Assembly: GCA_951406725.2 (NCBI GenBank)
Contig: OX597830.1
Coordinates: 67,580,001-67,644,000, forward strand
DNA: 64,000 bases
Direction: 5' to 3'
Origin: Octopus vulgaris
Lineage: Eukaryota
Positions within the stretch are counted from its first letter, which is position 1. Every line of letters begins with the position of its first letter. The notes under the pieces are model-generated. The model had not been told where the DNA came from. It searched no databases and saw only the letters and a program-made list of their open reading frames with translations. The position numbers and the translations under genes are program-made. Shown here in pieces: positions 1 to 13,079 of the stretch.

Positions 1-45
1 CCTGATGAATGTCCTTTGAAGAGACATGAAACAATTGTAGTGGCG
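1..45 (+). ncRNA. Minimal type I hammerhead ribozyme of Penelope-like retroelement type, stem I cut by the window edge
   Basis: CTGATGA (2-8), stem II ATGTC/GACAT, GAAAC (28-32), palindromic AATT loop, GTA cleavage triplet (37-39). Confidence 0.7.
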
Positions 46-605
46 AATTTAATTTTATTTAATTTATATTAAATTTTTTTATGTATTGGATTAAGTCTTT
101 CTTTGTTTGATTTGCAAAATAGTGGTTTTGTCTCTAATTAATATTATATTATATATATATATATATATATATTCAGCATAAACTTGTGCAAATGAAGATA
201 TCAAAGTCAGTGACCCTGAGACATGTAATGACTAAAATATACAGTTTAATGCCACAGTATGTATAGCAGGAAATTGTGTTTGTATTTTGGTGGTATGTAG
301 CTTGAAAATTGCATTACAGACATGATACAAGTGAAAAATGTTCAGCATACACGTTGAAGCGAAAATAATAAACATGTTGAGGAACAAATAATGAAAACAT
401 AAAAGTACAGAGAAAAAAATGATTGCTCACAGTCAAGGTCGGATTTATAGTGGGGTAGAGTGGGCAACTGCCCTGGGCGTCTGTTAGATATTGGGAGCTG
501 CCTGCTAAGAAGGGTATGTAACAGTCAGGCATGAAGAGGCTCAGTTTGAATATACAAGGGTAGTTTGACTTCTTAAAAAATTGATGGGTTCTCTTTTATG
601 ATAAA

Positions 606-905
606 TCATCATCATCATCATTCATTGTCCATCGTCTATGCTGGTATGAGTTGGATGGATTGACCATAGCTAGCAAACTAGAAGGCTGCACCAAACTCCA
701 GTCTGATTTGGCATGGTTTCTGCAACTGGATGCTCTTCCTAACACCAAGATGGTAATGGATGCTTTTACATGCTACTAGCAAGGGTGCTATATGCATGAC
801 ACCAGCATCTGCAGCAACTGCAATTTTACTTGGCTTGATGGGTTTTATTTTCAAGCACAACAATGCCAAGGATCTCAGTCATTTCTCATTGCCTCTGTGA
901 GGCAG
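606..905 (-). mobile_element. RTE-family LINE 3' end fragment
   Basis: (ATC)n tail then sequence shared with 5657-5900, 17030-17290 and the reverse of 27700-27860. Confidence 0.65.
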
Positions 906-1062
906 ATTTTGCCACATTGGAGACACTAATTAATACAATTAATTACGCTGCTTCAGTCTCAAAGCAGCTTACAATTCTCAAGGGAATTGTAAGCTGCTTT
1001 TGAGACAACAAAGAAAAGGGAAACAACAGAACACTCCTAGAAATGTATGTATGTATTTATAT

Positions 1063-1067
1063 ATGTG

Positions 1068-1099
<32 letters not shown>

Positions 1100-1190
1100 T
1101 GTATGTATGTATGTATGTATGTGTGTATGTGTGTATTTATCATTGAGTATATGTGTGTTTGAGTGTGAGTGTGTAAGTATGAATGTATAT
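1063..1190. repeat. (ATGT)n/(TG)n microsatellite; (CA)n also at 1312-1342
   Basis: Seen directly. Confidence 0.9.
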
Positions 1191-1311
1191 AAAAATAAAG
1201 TGATTGATAGAAAGAAATTATTGTCTCTAGGCCAAATTCCTTCTTTTGACACATGACTGAGCAAATGAACTTTGGTTGACCATTTTCAGTTAAAAGTGCA
1301 CATGTGTGCGT

Positions 1312-1343
<32 letters not shown>

Positions 1344-3715
1344 TTCTACTTCTAAACTTATTTCTGTGAGGCATTGAAAACTGGTTCTATTTTATGAAAC
1401 AAGTAAATAAATATGTAACAAAATTTAAATTTTGAATTTAGCTTTAATTGTATATATTATAAATTACATCTTTCAACAGCTAAAATCATTCTTTTTTGAC
1501 TTTAGAATTATTGCATATACATTCAAATGTATTTCATTAAATTGAACCCTTTTTTTTTACTTATTTTTTCCTATATTTTTTGTCATTTTGTCAAACACTT
1601 AGAAGTACTATATGGAAGTGGGACAAAATGAATAATTTTTGATTTCTTGTTACTTTTTCACATTTTGTACCATTGCATAATCTTTGGGAATAAAATTTGG
1701 TCGGTAGAGGTTACGTTGTTGGGAATAAAAATTGGTCAGTATAGTTTACATAATTGTTGTTGAAGTGGAAACTTTCAAACATAGGTGACAGGTGTTTATT
1801 TTCAAGAAATTTTTCCTCAAATTTGACCCAACTGTAATTGAAGTAGCTCATAAAATATCTATAATTTTTGAAAAAGCTACACAGAATATTTTTTGTTGAA
1901 TTTTTAGATTTCATTGACTTTCATTAATTTCATATCATGTGCTATTTTTCTATGATTCTCTTTCATTTGTCCAAGATATTTCAAATTTGTTGCATTTCTG
2001 ATCTGTTTGATGTCTAAGGATGGATGCTTATGTGTATAACTCATTTTTCAAATGTAGTTCTGGACAACTCTACAGGCAAATTTACCTTATCTTGTCTTAT
2101 TCATTTTGCCCCGCCTGAATTTGTTTTCTGTATACTCAAAAAGAAAAGTTATAATTTTCTGAGGTAGTGTTCTATATGTTATAAATTGTACTGCATTTAA
2201 AGAAGGTTTTTATTTAGCTCATATAATTATTGTATGTGAATATTTATAAAAAATATATTTTCTTCAAAGTCAAAAGTGCAGTAAATATTACTCATTGTGC
2301 CCCACCCTCTTCTGGCAACTGGAAAAGCAGACTTTAGGAAATAGCTGTTTGAATTTCGCCCCCTTTTTTCCCCACACATGGCAAAATAATGAAGAAAAGT
2401 CATTTTAAAAGAATTTTTTAAAAATCTGTCTGCTAAATGTTGGTGTCTTCTCCCCACCACACTCTCTCTCTCTCACACATACACACCCATTCATCATGCC
2501 TTTGGAAAAGCAACAACTATGAAAATGATTTTCCTTTCTTTCTCATAATTTTCTGTAATTTTATCTTATTCTACATTCTGAAACATTTGTATCTTATGTT
2601 AAAAGAAAAACATCTTACCCACCTTTTCCCTCTTTAATTGTACTTTTTGCAGTGAAGGAAAACTACTGCCGCAAGTGGATGTGTGAAAAACAAAATTTGA
2701 ATTTTGGAATGTGTATCTATAAAGTGACATTTTTAGTCATTTATTTAGACTTTCTCTGCTAACTCATCAAATTCAGTGACTTGAAATAGATGGTTTTTGA
2801 GGTTTAAATATGGTAATTTTCTTAGATGCTTCCTTGTGTATAAGAGGTCCACTGAACTTGAAGTGCTCTGGGCACCCCATCGTTTAAATCTGTACAAAAT
2901 TTTAGCCTAAAGTTATAGAATTTACCAAAAAGAACGGCAGTACATACAACCTCTAGGAAATTTGATGTTGCCAAGGGCAACATTAGACTAAGAAAAGAAA
3001 AAAAAACAGAAAAAAGGCCAATATCTTTAAAACAAAAGTTACTGTGCAAAACAGGAGCCATGGAAGTTTTAGTATTTGTGTTTTATGTGTTTATAATTTA
3101 TATCTTCTCAGTCACATTATCAAAATATATCAGAAAGAATCAGGAAAGTATTATTTTAATAATGCAGTCAATATGAACAATTTCTAGATTAAGTGTAAAA
3201 AAAAAAAATCTATTTTGGAGGAGGGTTTATGGAATACATTAAAAACCAGCAGAAGATGGGAATTGTCTTTTCCTCTCACCAACATGAACCAGTCCATGTT
3301 GACATTAATTTGAATAGAGTTCATGTGTAATCAAACTTATTTATCAAAATAATCATAAAATAATATTGTGTCTTTCTCTAACACTTCACTAGTTTTGTCT
3401 TTGTAATTATCTTTCTCACAATACAGTTATTATCATTTTTTCTTTTAGTGTCTCAGTTCATTGTTCTCATTACTATCTAGTACCTGTAAAGTTACAGAAG
3501 AGTACACAAATAAAATTGGAAAATAATAGTTTATTTTTTTGACTGCATTATCAAGTAATAACTGTTTTTCCATGTTAACATGGGCTTAATACTTTGACAG
3601 GATCAGGTAAATGAGAGGACCATGAAAGAGAAATGAGGGAGTCATAGATGCAGGTTGCAGATGAAGAGGGTACAACTGATTTACTGAGCTGAAAAAATTC
3701 AGTCTCATAACTTAC

Positions 3716-3961
3716 CATTTCCTTAATCATTATAAGTTTTGGTCCAAGATTTTTGTCAATTGAGAACATATGAAGAAACCGGATGTAAAAAGAGATCAAA
3801 TTTAAACAGAATATCACTCTCGCAGTCTCCGCCACATCCAGCAATCGAAGAATGTATCCAAGGATGAACAATACAATAGTTATAACATCGATAATGTTCC
3901 AAGGACTTTCGATGTACTTCTTGAATTTTGACCAAATTGACCGAGAATGTTTTGGTAACAT
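3716..3961 (-). CDS. TRPM-like exon (S3, S4, S4-S5 linker): MLPKHSRSIWSKFKKYIESPWNIIDVITIVLFILGYILRLLDVAETARVIFCLNLISFYIRFLHMFSIDKNLGPKLIMIKEM
   Basis: atttcag| acceptor, ATG|gtaagt donor; 246 nt, phase 0/0; 'WN..D', 'R.LH.F...K.LGPK..MI..M' TRPM motifs. Confidence 0.95.
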
Positions 3962-4017
3962 CTGAAATATAAGTAGAAAGCACAGTCAAATAGGATATTT
4001 ACACATACAAAAACATG

Positions 4018-4029
<12 letters not shown>

Positions 4030-4051
<22 letters not shown>

Positions 4052-4220
4052 CTTTCAGTCATTTGACTGTGACCATGCTGTGACACTACATTGAAATGTT
4101 TTAGTTTAGTGAATTGACCCCAGGCTTTATTATTTTAAAGCCTGGAACTTATGTTATTGGTCACCTTTGCCAAGCTGCTAAGTTACAGTGCCTTAAACAC
4201 ATTAACATCATTTGTCAGAA
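4030..4220 (-). mobile_element. SINE family A, 3' part
   Basis: Reverse complement of 12640-12810. Confidence 0.6.
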
Positions 4221-4854
4221 CGCATGTTGAAGATTGGCTTGCGTAAGACAGAAGAAAGCCGATGTTAACTTGTTGAAAGCAGCGGGCAGAAAGAAAGTTG
4301 GTAGCCCTCCAGTCAGTGGCCAGAGAGAGGAGGAGGAGTGAGAGAGAGAGGAAAAGAAACCAGAAAGGGTGAAAAAAAGGAGAGAGACAGGTAGAGAGGA
4401 AGACTGACAGGCAGGGAGGAAAGGTCAAGTAAAGAGTTAAGAGTGCGCGTTATAATTATTGAAATAATAACTTACTTGGAAGAAGAAGAAGAAAAACGAC
4501 GCGTGTGTTCAATCATATAATAACAATTTAATAAATAAAACATATGCATACATACATACATATATGTTCATACCTACATGTATATGTATATATACATGCA
4601 TATATGAGTACAGGACACCACAAATAAACTTAGAACACAACGAGAAACAAAAACATAAAACCAAACAAGGAATCGGACTTTTTTTTAACAACGAAAAAAC
4701 AGAGTACAAGACAACCAACACAAGGAACATTCCCCTTCTTCAGCTGCCCCTGTTTCGACTCAATGCGTGTTTCGAAGGTAAGGGCAGAACACGATCCGGC
4801 CGAAGCAGTCCTTCCCGCAAAATGAATTAAATAAAATTTTTTTGCGGAGGGGTA

Positions 4855-4889
<35 letters not shown>

Positions 4890-5124
4890 TAGAGAAAAAT
4901 TAATATTTTGCAATTCATAATATATATATATTATATATATATGACTGCTAACTCCAAAAGTTATTTTTATTCTCTCTCTGTTTATTTCCTCATGATCCTT
5001 TCTGTTGAAGAGCATACGCTCACAATATAAAAGACTTTCTCACCTTCCTGAGTGTCAAACTAAAACACCAGCTTGTTGTTTATACACCTGTCTTCATCTT
5101 TTGTTTTTCTGTAAATTTCAACTA

Positions 5125-5352
5125 TATATATGTGTGTGTGTAAATATGTTTGTGTGTCTGTGTTTGTCTCCCCCAACATCAACTGACAAACGATGCTGGT
5201 GTATTTACATCCCTGTAACTTAGTGGTATGGCAAAAGCGACCAAAAGAATAAGTACTAGACTTACAAAGAATAAGTCCTGGGGTAGATTTGGTCGACTAA
5301 GGGTGGTGCTTCAGCATGGCTGCAGTCAAATGATTGAAGCAAGTAAAAGAAT
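5125..5352 (+). mobile_element. SINE family A, 3' part; a 5' part of the same family lies inverted at 5366-5510
   Basis: Matches 12600-12810; 5366-5510 is the reverse complement of 12432-12575 and carries a B-box-like ggttcagtc. Confidence 0.75.
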
Positions 5353-5512
5353 ATATATATATATACACGGGCTTCTTTCAGTTTCCATTTTCCAAATCCA
5401 CTCACAAGGCTTTAGTAGAACACTCTTACCCAAGCTTCCACGTGCGAGACTGAACCTGGAACCATGTGCTTGAGAAGCAATCTTATCACCACACAACCAT
5501 GCCTGCTCTTAT

Positions 5513-5532
5513 TATATACATACATACATACA

Positions 5533-5580
<48 letters not shown>

Positions 5581-5584
5581 GATG

Positions 5585-5643
<59 letters not shown>

Positions 5644-5650
5644 GGATAGA
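5513..5650. repeat. Compound (ATAC)n-(AT)n-(AGAT)n microsatellite
   Basis: Seen directly. Confidence 0.95.
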
Positions 5651-5656
5651 AAAATA

Positions 5657-7558
5657 TCATCATCATTATCATCGACGTTAAATGTCCACGTTTCATGCTG
5701 GCATGGGTTGGACGGTTTGATTGAGGTCTGGCAAGCCAGAAGTCTGCACCAATTCCTGGCATCAACTATATTTGAATGGTGCTTTTTATGTGCCCCCAGC
5801 ACAGGACCCAGTCAGGCATGACTGGCAGCGATCATGCTCGAATGGAACGTTTTATGGGTCACTGGCACAGGAGCCATTCAGATGGTACTGTCATTGGCCA
5901 TGATGATGACTTCACTTGACTCAACAGGTCTTTACAAGTGAAGTTAATTGCCCAATAATTCAAGAGTACTCTTACATGGGCATGTTATGCTACACTGGCA
6001 TAGTTGACAGTTACAGTCTCACTTGGCTTACCAGGTCTTCTCAAGTGCAGCATGTCTCCAAAGGTCTCGATCACTTGTCATCACTATGGTGAGGCCCAAC
6101 GTTTGTATGTGATGCTTCACCACCTCATCTCAGGTCTTGCTGGGTCTACCTCTTCCACAGGTTCCCTCTTCTGCTAGGGTGTGACACGTTTTTGCACAGC
6201 TGTTCTCATCCATACACAACACATAACCATAGCAGCACAGTCGTCTCTCTTGCACACCACATCTGATGCTTCTTATGTCCAACTTTTCTCTCAAGGCACT
6301 TACACTGTGTTGTGCATGCACACTGATATTACACATCCAGTAGAGCATATTAGATTCATTGCTTGTAAACTTACACATGTCCTCAGCTGACATGGCCCAT
6401 GTTTCACTGCCATGTAGTATGGCTGTTTGCACTCATGCGTCATACAGTCTACCTTTTACTCTGAGCAAGAGGCCCTTTGTCACCTGCAGAGGTAGGAGCT
6501 CTCTGAACTTTGCCTAGGCTATTCATATTCTAGCAGCTACACCTTCAGAGCATCCACCCCTGCTGCTGACTTGGTAACCTAGGTAACGGAAGCTATCAAC
6601 TACTTGTAGTTTTCTACTTGGCACGTAGTGGAAGCTGTTTCCTGAACATTTTCAGTGTTTATTGCCCCTGAGCATTTGCCACACACAAAAACTATCTTCC
6701 CAGTTAGCTTTTCTTTGAAATTGCTGCACCTCTCATGTGTCCATAGTTTACACCAGGTACACCTTCTACCTATGCATTTTCTACAGACTGAGCATAGAGA
6801 AGCTCCTAGGGGCATCCTGTCTTGAATTCCTCTGTTATTGCCTGGAGGACTATGCTGAATAAGAGGTGGCTGAGAACTGATCCTTAGTGGACCCCTACCT
6901 CTACCCAGAATTCTTCACTGTACTGGTTGCCAACCCTCACCTTAGTGACATCATACTTCACCTGGGAATATTTTGGCATTTATAAGTAGCCATCTTTCCC
7001 ATTTCGTGGTGAGGATGTAGTCAGTTTGACTAGTGTGTACACCACATTGATAGTTGAATAGGTGACTGGCAGTTTTCCGAAGTTAGTATTGCAAACCAGA
7101 TAATCATTTGCATCGCAGAACTCCACCAGCCTGGTTCCTTCCTCATTGCGAAAACCAAAGCCATAGCCTCTATATATGCCATGGAAGGTTCCAGCATGTT
7201 GTCCAACATGCCCTTGAAGTCGCCAGCCACAAAGAGAAGGCCCCTGTCATTCATCGATGTGGTAGTCAGCAAGAGGATGTCATAAAACCAGTCTTTCTGT
7301 TCATTAGGGAGCCCCAGCTGAGAGGCATAGGTGGAGATAATGGTTGCTATCCCATGTTGCAGCACTAATCTAAGCTTAAGTATTCAATCACAGACTCTGA
7401 CTACCTCGATTACCTTATCAACCCATTTCTCTGTAAGAAGTTTACACACACCACTAACCCTATCAGTGTTCTCTGCCCAGAAAACCTTATACAAATGTTC
7501 TTTGCCTGTCAGGAACATAGCAGAACTTCCTCCACACATTACTTCTTGGATGCAGCAC
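5657..7558 (-). mobile_element. Decayed, internally deleted RTE-clade LINE: AP endonuclease, PHD-like Cys region, RT C-terminus, 3' UTR with (TGA)n tail
   Basis: ORF fragments 'LCCIQEV', '[11 protein letters not shown]...LFVAGDF', 'LHGSETWAM', 'GRGRPSKT'; frameshifted. Confidence 0.88.
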
Positions 7559-7559
7559 A

Positions 7560-7631
7560 AATATATATATATATATAATGTATATGTATGTGTATATATA
7601 TATATATATATATATGGATATATATATATAT

Positions 7632-7727
<96 letters not shown>

Positions 7728-7735
7728 ATATATGA
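7560..7735. repeat. (TA)n microsatellite with GG interruptions
   Basis: Seen directly. Confidence 0.95.
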
Positions 7736-7739
7736 ATAA

Positions 7740-9030
7740 AAAATGGAGTTAACGCAGGTTTAAACAAGTATTTTTACTTTCTACACATGTTTCGAAAATT
7801 CCACTGATACTATTCAAAAGAATAAATGGTATAAACAATGCAATCTTCTCTTCGGGAAAGTGAAAAAAACGAAACTCGTCAATATGACATTTTAGCAAAA
7901 AATGATGGATTTGTATAGCGATAGACAGAACGCTATTAATATTATTTAAAAAAACGTTATATGATATAACGTCAGAAGTAGCTAACAGAAAGAGTAGGGA
8001 TACCAATAGTGAATGTTAAATATAAAGGAAATTAATGTTTAAATTATATATAATGATATAGACTACTTATATGCACTAAATGTATGTTTCTGCCAATGCT
8101 TACATCTGTATGCTCGTTCTATAACCGTGTTTAGTAGAGTATTTTTAGAAAAAATAATGAAAAATAGCTCAGAATTGCAGAGAAGACAGAATTTCTTGCC
8201 TTTGTCATATGGTATCGAAATTGAGTGGATCAACCATTCTAAAAGAAATTGTTCATTGTGGTCTATTAAATCCCAAATCAGTTTTCTGAGACCGGTACTA
8301 TTCCGTTTATTTCTATCCCTAAATGTTGAGTAATGGATAGAAATTCTTTTAGATAACTCTAACGATGTGCTTCCAATGTAATATCGTACTTTATTATGAG
8401 TACTGATTATACACTGGTATATAGAATTTTTAATCTTAGAGTTACTTGACATAAATTTAATTCTATTGGAATTGACTTCAGATACAATAACCTTGTTATT
8501 AATATTTCTAGAGGGTTGGATGGTATTAGCTAAATTAATGTTAGTATTAGTAAATGTATTAATATTTAACAGTTTGTTATTATGTGAAGAGATAATTTGC
8601 AAGAGATTTTTTTGTGTTTGAAAAACCTATCCTAACCTTATGTGAATTAATTATAGAGTGATATCTAGAATTGTTTGGAAAATTCCTAGCAATAGCTTGA
8701 CGAAACAGCAGTGGGAGATTAGATTTAATTTGTCTCCCGTAAGGAATTATTAACCAAATATTTTTACTAGTATTCATAGCGTAATTACTTTTGAAGGTGT
8801 TATATTTACTTTTAGATCGATAATAGGGGATTAAATAAGGGTTATCTGCCTTCATTCGCTTTGTATCCGTGCGTAAGTTATGTTTGTTATCAATAATTCT
8901 TTTACGACTAGAAATCTTATTTACATTATTGAATTTACAATTAGACTGAGCAGAATCAATGTAGAAATTTTTTTCTGTATAACCCGCTTTGATTAAGGCA
9001 GAGTTATAGAATTGAAGAGTCCAGGATAAT
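7740..9030 (-). mobile_element. 5'-truncated Penelope-like element: RT thumb/linker, C-terminal GIY-YIG endonuclease, 3' pLTR with hammerhead
   Basis: 'NSIYQC...RYYIGSTS..LSKRISIHYSTF', 'FCLLCNSE...LLN...YRCKH'; upstream frame 'YNSALIKAGY', 'IWLIIPY', 'NFPNNSRYHSIINSHKVRIGFS'; one frameshift near 8600. Confidence 0.88.
7771..7868 (-). ncRNA. Penelope-associated minimal hammerhead ribozyme with CCGAAGA core variant and long stem II
   Basis: Minus strand: actttc-CCGAAGA-gaagattgcattg...cagtggaattttc-GAAAC-ATGT-GTA-gaaagt; ~200 nt downstream of the GIY-YIG ORF. Confidence 0.7.
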
Positions 9031-9416
9031 GATTGCAAGACTCAAAAGAGATGCAAGGAATAATGTTGCAATCAAGAAGGTGAATGGCCATAACCCTTCT
9101 GTGTGCATAGTTTGTGACAGACCTTGCCTTTTCTTTGCTGGCATCAAATTTCATTTGTGAACCCATGCAAAACGAACTTCCACCAACTATTCTACCTATA
9201 TGTCTGAGAACACCTTCGAATTCAATGTATAGCAGGATGTTTGCAAATTTAACGGAGGCCTCAGAAGACATTTTAAGATCCACAAAGGTCATAACTTATC
9301 TGCAGCTTTTGGTGGTCTAAACAAAATATACGCAATCTATGTGGGTTGTCTTTTCAGAACATTGTCTTGTTTAAAAAGCCACTTCAGATGGAAGGAAGCA
9401 TAAAGAGTAGACAACA

Positions 9417-9478
<62 letters not shown>

Positions 9479-9484
9479 ATACAG

Positions 9485-9959
9485 AGTGCATTATTACACA
9501 TAAATGCCACATGCTAGGAGGGACTCATAAAGTCAAAAGTACTAAAATAAATAAACATATCGTACCGAAACCAACTCTCGAAGCAAGTCATTTAAAAACA
9601 GAATTCAGCTGCATATCACACTGTGATTTCGTAATCAGTGCAGAGGTGTGCACTTTTCACTCCTCGGTGCAAGCATAATTCAGGATTTATAATGAATGAA
9701 CAAAAACAACATACCAGGCGAACAACTGTCGTATCCAACGCAGCATGTAGAAATGTTCACCCCTTATACATCTATATAAATGGCAAGATTTTTCGAATTG
9801 CATTTCGGTAACAACGTGCTTATTCGGAATAAAAATTCAGTATTGAATATACTCTGGTTAAATTTACAATTTAAAAATAGGATAAAATCTTCATAAGAAT
9901 TTATCAAGTAGTTAGCATGAAAAACCTCATAAGAGAAAAAATCCATCAATTTTTCCACT

Positions 9960-10020
<61 letters not shown>

Positions 10021-10203
10021 GAAGGCATTATTACACATAAATGCCACATGCTAGGAGGGACTCTTAAAGTCAAAACTACAAAAATAAATAAACATATTGT
10101 ACCGAAACCAACTCTCGAAGCAAGTTATTTAAAAACAGAATTCAGCTGCATATCACACTGTGATTTCGTAATCAGAGCAGTGGTATGTACTTTTCACTCC
10201 TCA
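9485..10203. repeat. Two direct copies of a ~180-bp unit (about 9485-9665 and 10025-10203), each preceded by a long (TA)n
   Basis: Near-identical gcattattacacataaatgccacatgctaggagggactc...cttttcactcctc in both. Confidence 0.9.
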
Positions 10204-12425
10204 GGGTCTTGATGGTCTAGCCTATGAATTTGATAAGAGTACTCCAGACTTCTTCAGGCACCTGCTGGCCAGCGTTTACGCCAATTGGCAGCAGAATGGA
10301 AGAATTCCCAAGTCTGCAAGCCAATGGGTGGTGACGCTGACGAGAAAGGACCCGAACAAGGGGGATGAGATTAGTAACTTCTGGACCAAAACTCTGCTAA
10401 ACACAGAGTTAAAGATTTTGGCCAAGGTATTAGCAAAAAGGTTGGCGCGGGTTATGGACAGACTTGTAGGGAGGGCGCAAACTTGTGCCATCTCGGGCAG
10501 GTCAATCCGCAACTATCTCCATCTTCTACGCTACACCTTAGAGAGGGTAAAGAATCTTTCTGGCACAGGAGGGGCACTGGTACATTTAGACCAGTCTAAA
10601 ATGTTTGATAGGGTCAACCATCAGTACTTGGCGGCAGTCCTCAAAAAGGCTGGCCTAGGCCCGACCATCCGTGGTTGGATTGCTGCTTTGTACAGTGACA
10701 TCGAGTCTGCAGTCAAAGTAAATAGATTCTTCTCGAAACCATTCAGGATCGAACGGTCAGTGTGTCCGGGGTGTCCCCTGTCTCCGCTTTTGTATGTACT
10801 GGCTCTTGAGCAATTGCTGCAGAAGTTGGAAGCACTAGGAGGTGCACCAAATGATCTCTGGTGCAGAGGTGGAGCTACGGCATATATGGATGATATCTCC
10901 ATCATTGTGGTGTATGAGAGCCAGCTTCCAGTGGTGGAAGAGGCCATCAAAAGTTACGAAGTGATGGCAGGAACAAAGGTTCACAAGGACAAGTCGGTCG
11001 GTTTGCAACTTGGCACTTGGAGAGGCAAGCTGATGACGTCCAATAACGTTGGAGGGTGTTGGATAGAAGGTCCTGTTAAGCTGCTTCGGTCTGGTTTGGA
11101 TCAAACCGCCAGATAGAGAAAAATTGGAGTGAGGTAGCCAGTAAAGTGACTGCTATAACCCAGACCTCATCTGGGCAGGCGTTATCCTTGCTAGGGAAGG
11201 CAGAGGTAGTGCAGATGTTTATAGCATCTGTTAACACCTACCGTCTGACCATGGTGCCTTGCCCTGATTTGTGGCTGAACAAGTTGGAGAGAATTCTTTT
11301 CCACTTTCTGTGGAAAGGAGAAAAGCCTCTTGTGAAGCACTGCCTATTGCCAGAAGCCACTAAAGGGTGGGCTAGGGGTACCTTGGCTGAGGATGCGAAA
11401 ATTTGCGTTAAGGCTTAGGCACCTCTGGCTTTACCTGGATGGAGAACAGGTGTGGTCACCGCATGTCTGGTTCTACCTTCCAAGGTTAACATCCTTAACG
11501 GACATTGGTACATGGATCAAGCAGAGACCTAGGCTGGAGGATTGGCAACTGGAGTGCCGACAGGCACTTTAGCTACTCTCTCGGGTGGGCAATACCGGCA
11601 ACAGAAGTTCCACCGCGGATTTTTATAGCAAGATTGTGGGATTCATGTCTGAAGACATCTTGGGGGAGACCCTGGGCTATGATGAAGATCAGTAGATCAA
11701 CCTGTTCAGGAGGATAATTACCAGAAATCCCTAGCTTGACAGTGCTTCTGTGTAGTGTTACCAGTTTGTGATAAGCTGTCGAGGTATGGAAGTGCTATCT
11801 TGCCGTCATGTCCAAGGTGTGGGCAGGACAGGGAAACCATCTTGCATGCATTCGTGGGATGTCCGGAATTATCGGGTTTGATAGTTTTCAAAGAACAACT
11901 GTTGCATCGATGGGAAGAGTACAACTATCAGCTGAGTCCACCATCGAGATTGTGCCGCCTTCTTCCCTTAGCGGGGAAAGGAAGGCCTGTTTTTACTGTG
12001 TGGTAGCCAATTTAAAAGAAACAGTATGGAAGACACATGTGAAAGGGATTGTGACGGATACCTTTGTATCCGGCCAGGGGTTGGTCAACTTTTTAGTTAC
12101 CACCTCAGCAGCAAGATCAGGCTGGAGAAGCAGTACCTGTCACGTGAGAAATTCAAGAAGAGATGGAAACCTGTGGTAAGAAAGCTGGGAGTAATTGGCA
12201 CCAAGTAAGTGGAGCCCTGGAAGAAAAGCAAAGGCCCTACTCTGATGTCAGATGCCTTTCCTTCGGTGTCACATTGCATAACGCAATGTATTTTATTTTA
12301 TTTTTAATTTTTCACTTTTTTCATTTTTTAATCGATTCATAACAACGCTTTAAGCAACTTCACCATTCTATGTTTGTCTGTCCTTGTTTGTCCCCTCTGT
12401 ATTATGCCTACATGGCAAATTTATT
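10204..12425 (+). mobile_element. 5'-truncated Tx1/L1-clade LINE: RT and C-terminal CCHC
   Basis: 'TLLNTELKILAKVLAKRL', 'LDQSKMFDRVNH', 'GCPLSPLLYVL', 'AYMDD', 'CPRCGQDRETILHAF..C'; stops and frameshifts. Confidence 0.9.
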
Positions 12426-12431
12426 GAAATA

Positions 12432-12820
12432 AAGTAGCTTGCTTACCAACCACATGGTTCTGGGTTCATTCCCACTGTGTGACACTATGGGCAAGTGTCT
12501 TCTACTATAGCCTTGGGCCGACCAAAGCCTTGTGAATTTGATTTGGTAGATGGAAACTGAAAGAAGCCCGTCGTATATATGTATATATATATATATGTGC
12601 GTGTATATGTTTGTGTGTCTATGTTTGTTCCCCCAACATCGCTTGACAACCGATGGTGGTGTGTTTACGCCCTGTAACTTAGCAGTTTGGCAAAAGAGAC
12701 TGATAGAGTAAGCACTAGGCTTACAAAGAATAAGTCCTGGGGTCAATTTGCTCGACTAAAGGCGGTGCTCCAGCATGACCACAGTCAGATGACTGAAACA
12801 AGTAAAAGAGTAAAAGAGAG
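12432..12820 (+). mobile_element. Near full-length tRNA-derived SINE, family A
   Basis: tRNA-like head (gggttcattccc B box), internal (TA)/(TG) tract, (gtaaaaga)n tail; several other copies in window. Confidence 0.8.
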
Positions 12821-13079
12821 TATTTTAGTGGTTAAGTAAAGTAGTAAAACCTCTTTGATGAAGTGTAAGCAAATGTTGAAGTTGGTCAAATATCTTTTCT
12901 GATAACAAAGATAAAAGCATGAAGCTTAAACTTATGAACTCTGTTTCACATTATAGTTTAAAGTATGCGTCAACTAAGAACACATACTTGTAAGTTTACC
13001 TTATAGCTTTTTATATATTATGTAAATATACTTACGACCATTTATGATGGGATCAGATTTTCAAAGGATTAATACTTAC

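Noticed and set aside
4995-5045. ttgaagagcatacgctc, resembling a hammerhead core with stem II
   Set aside because: C3 and GAAA are absent; too decayed to call.
1037-7767. YI/CV/HT-repeat ORFs
   Set aside because: Translations of (TA)n, (TG)n and (ATAC)n microsatellites.
12432-12500. tRNA gene
   Set aside because: It is the tRNA-derived head of a SINE, with no cloverleaf, and continues into the SINE body.
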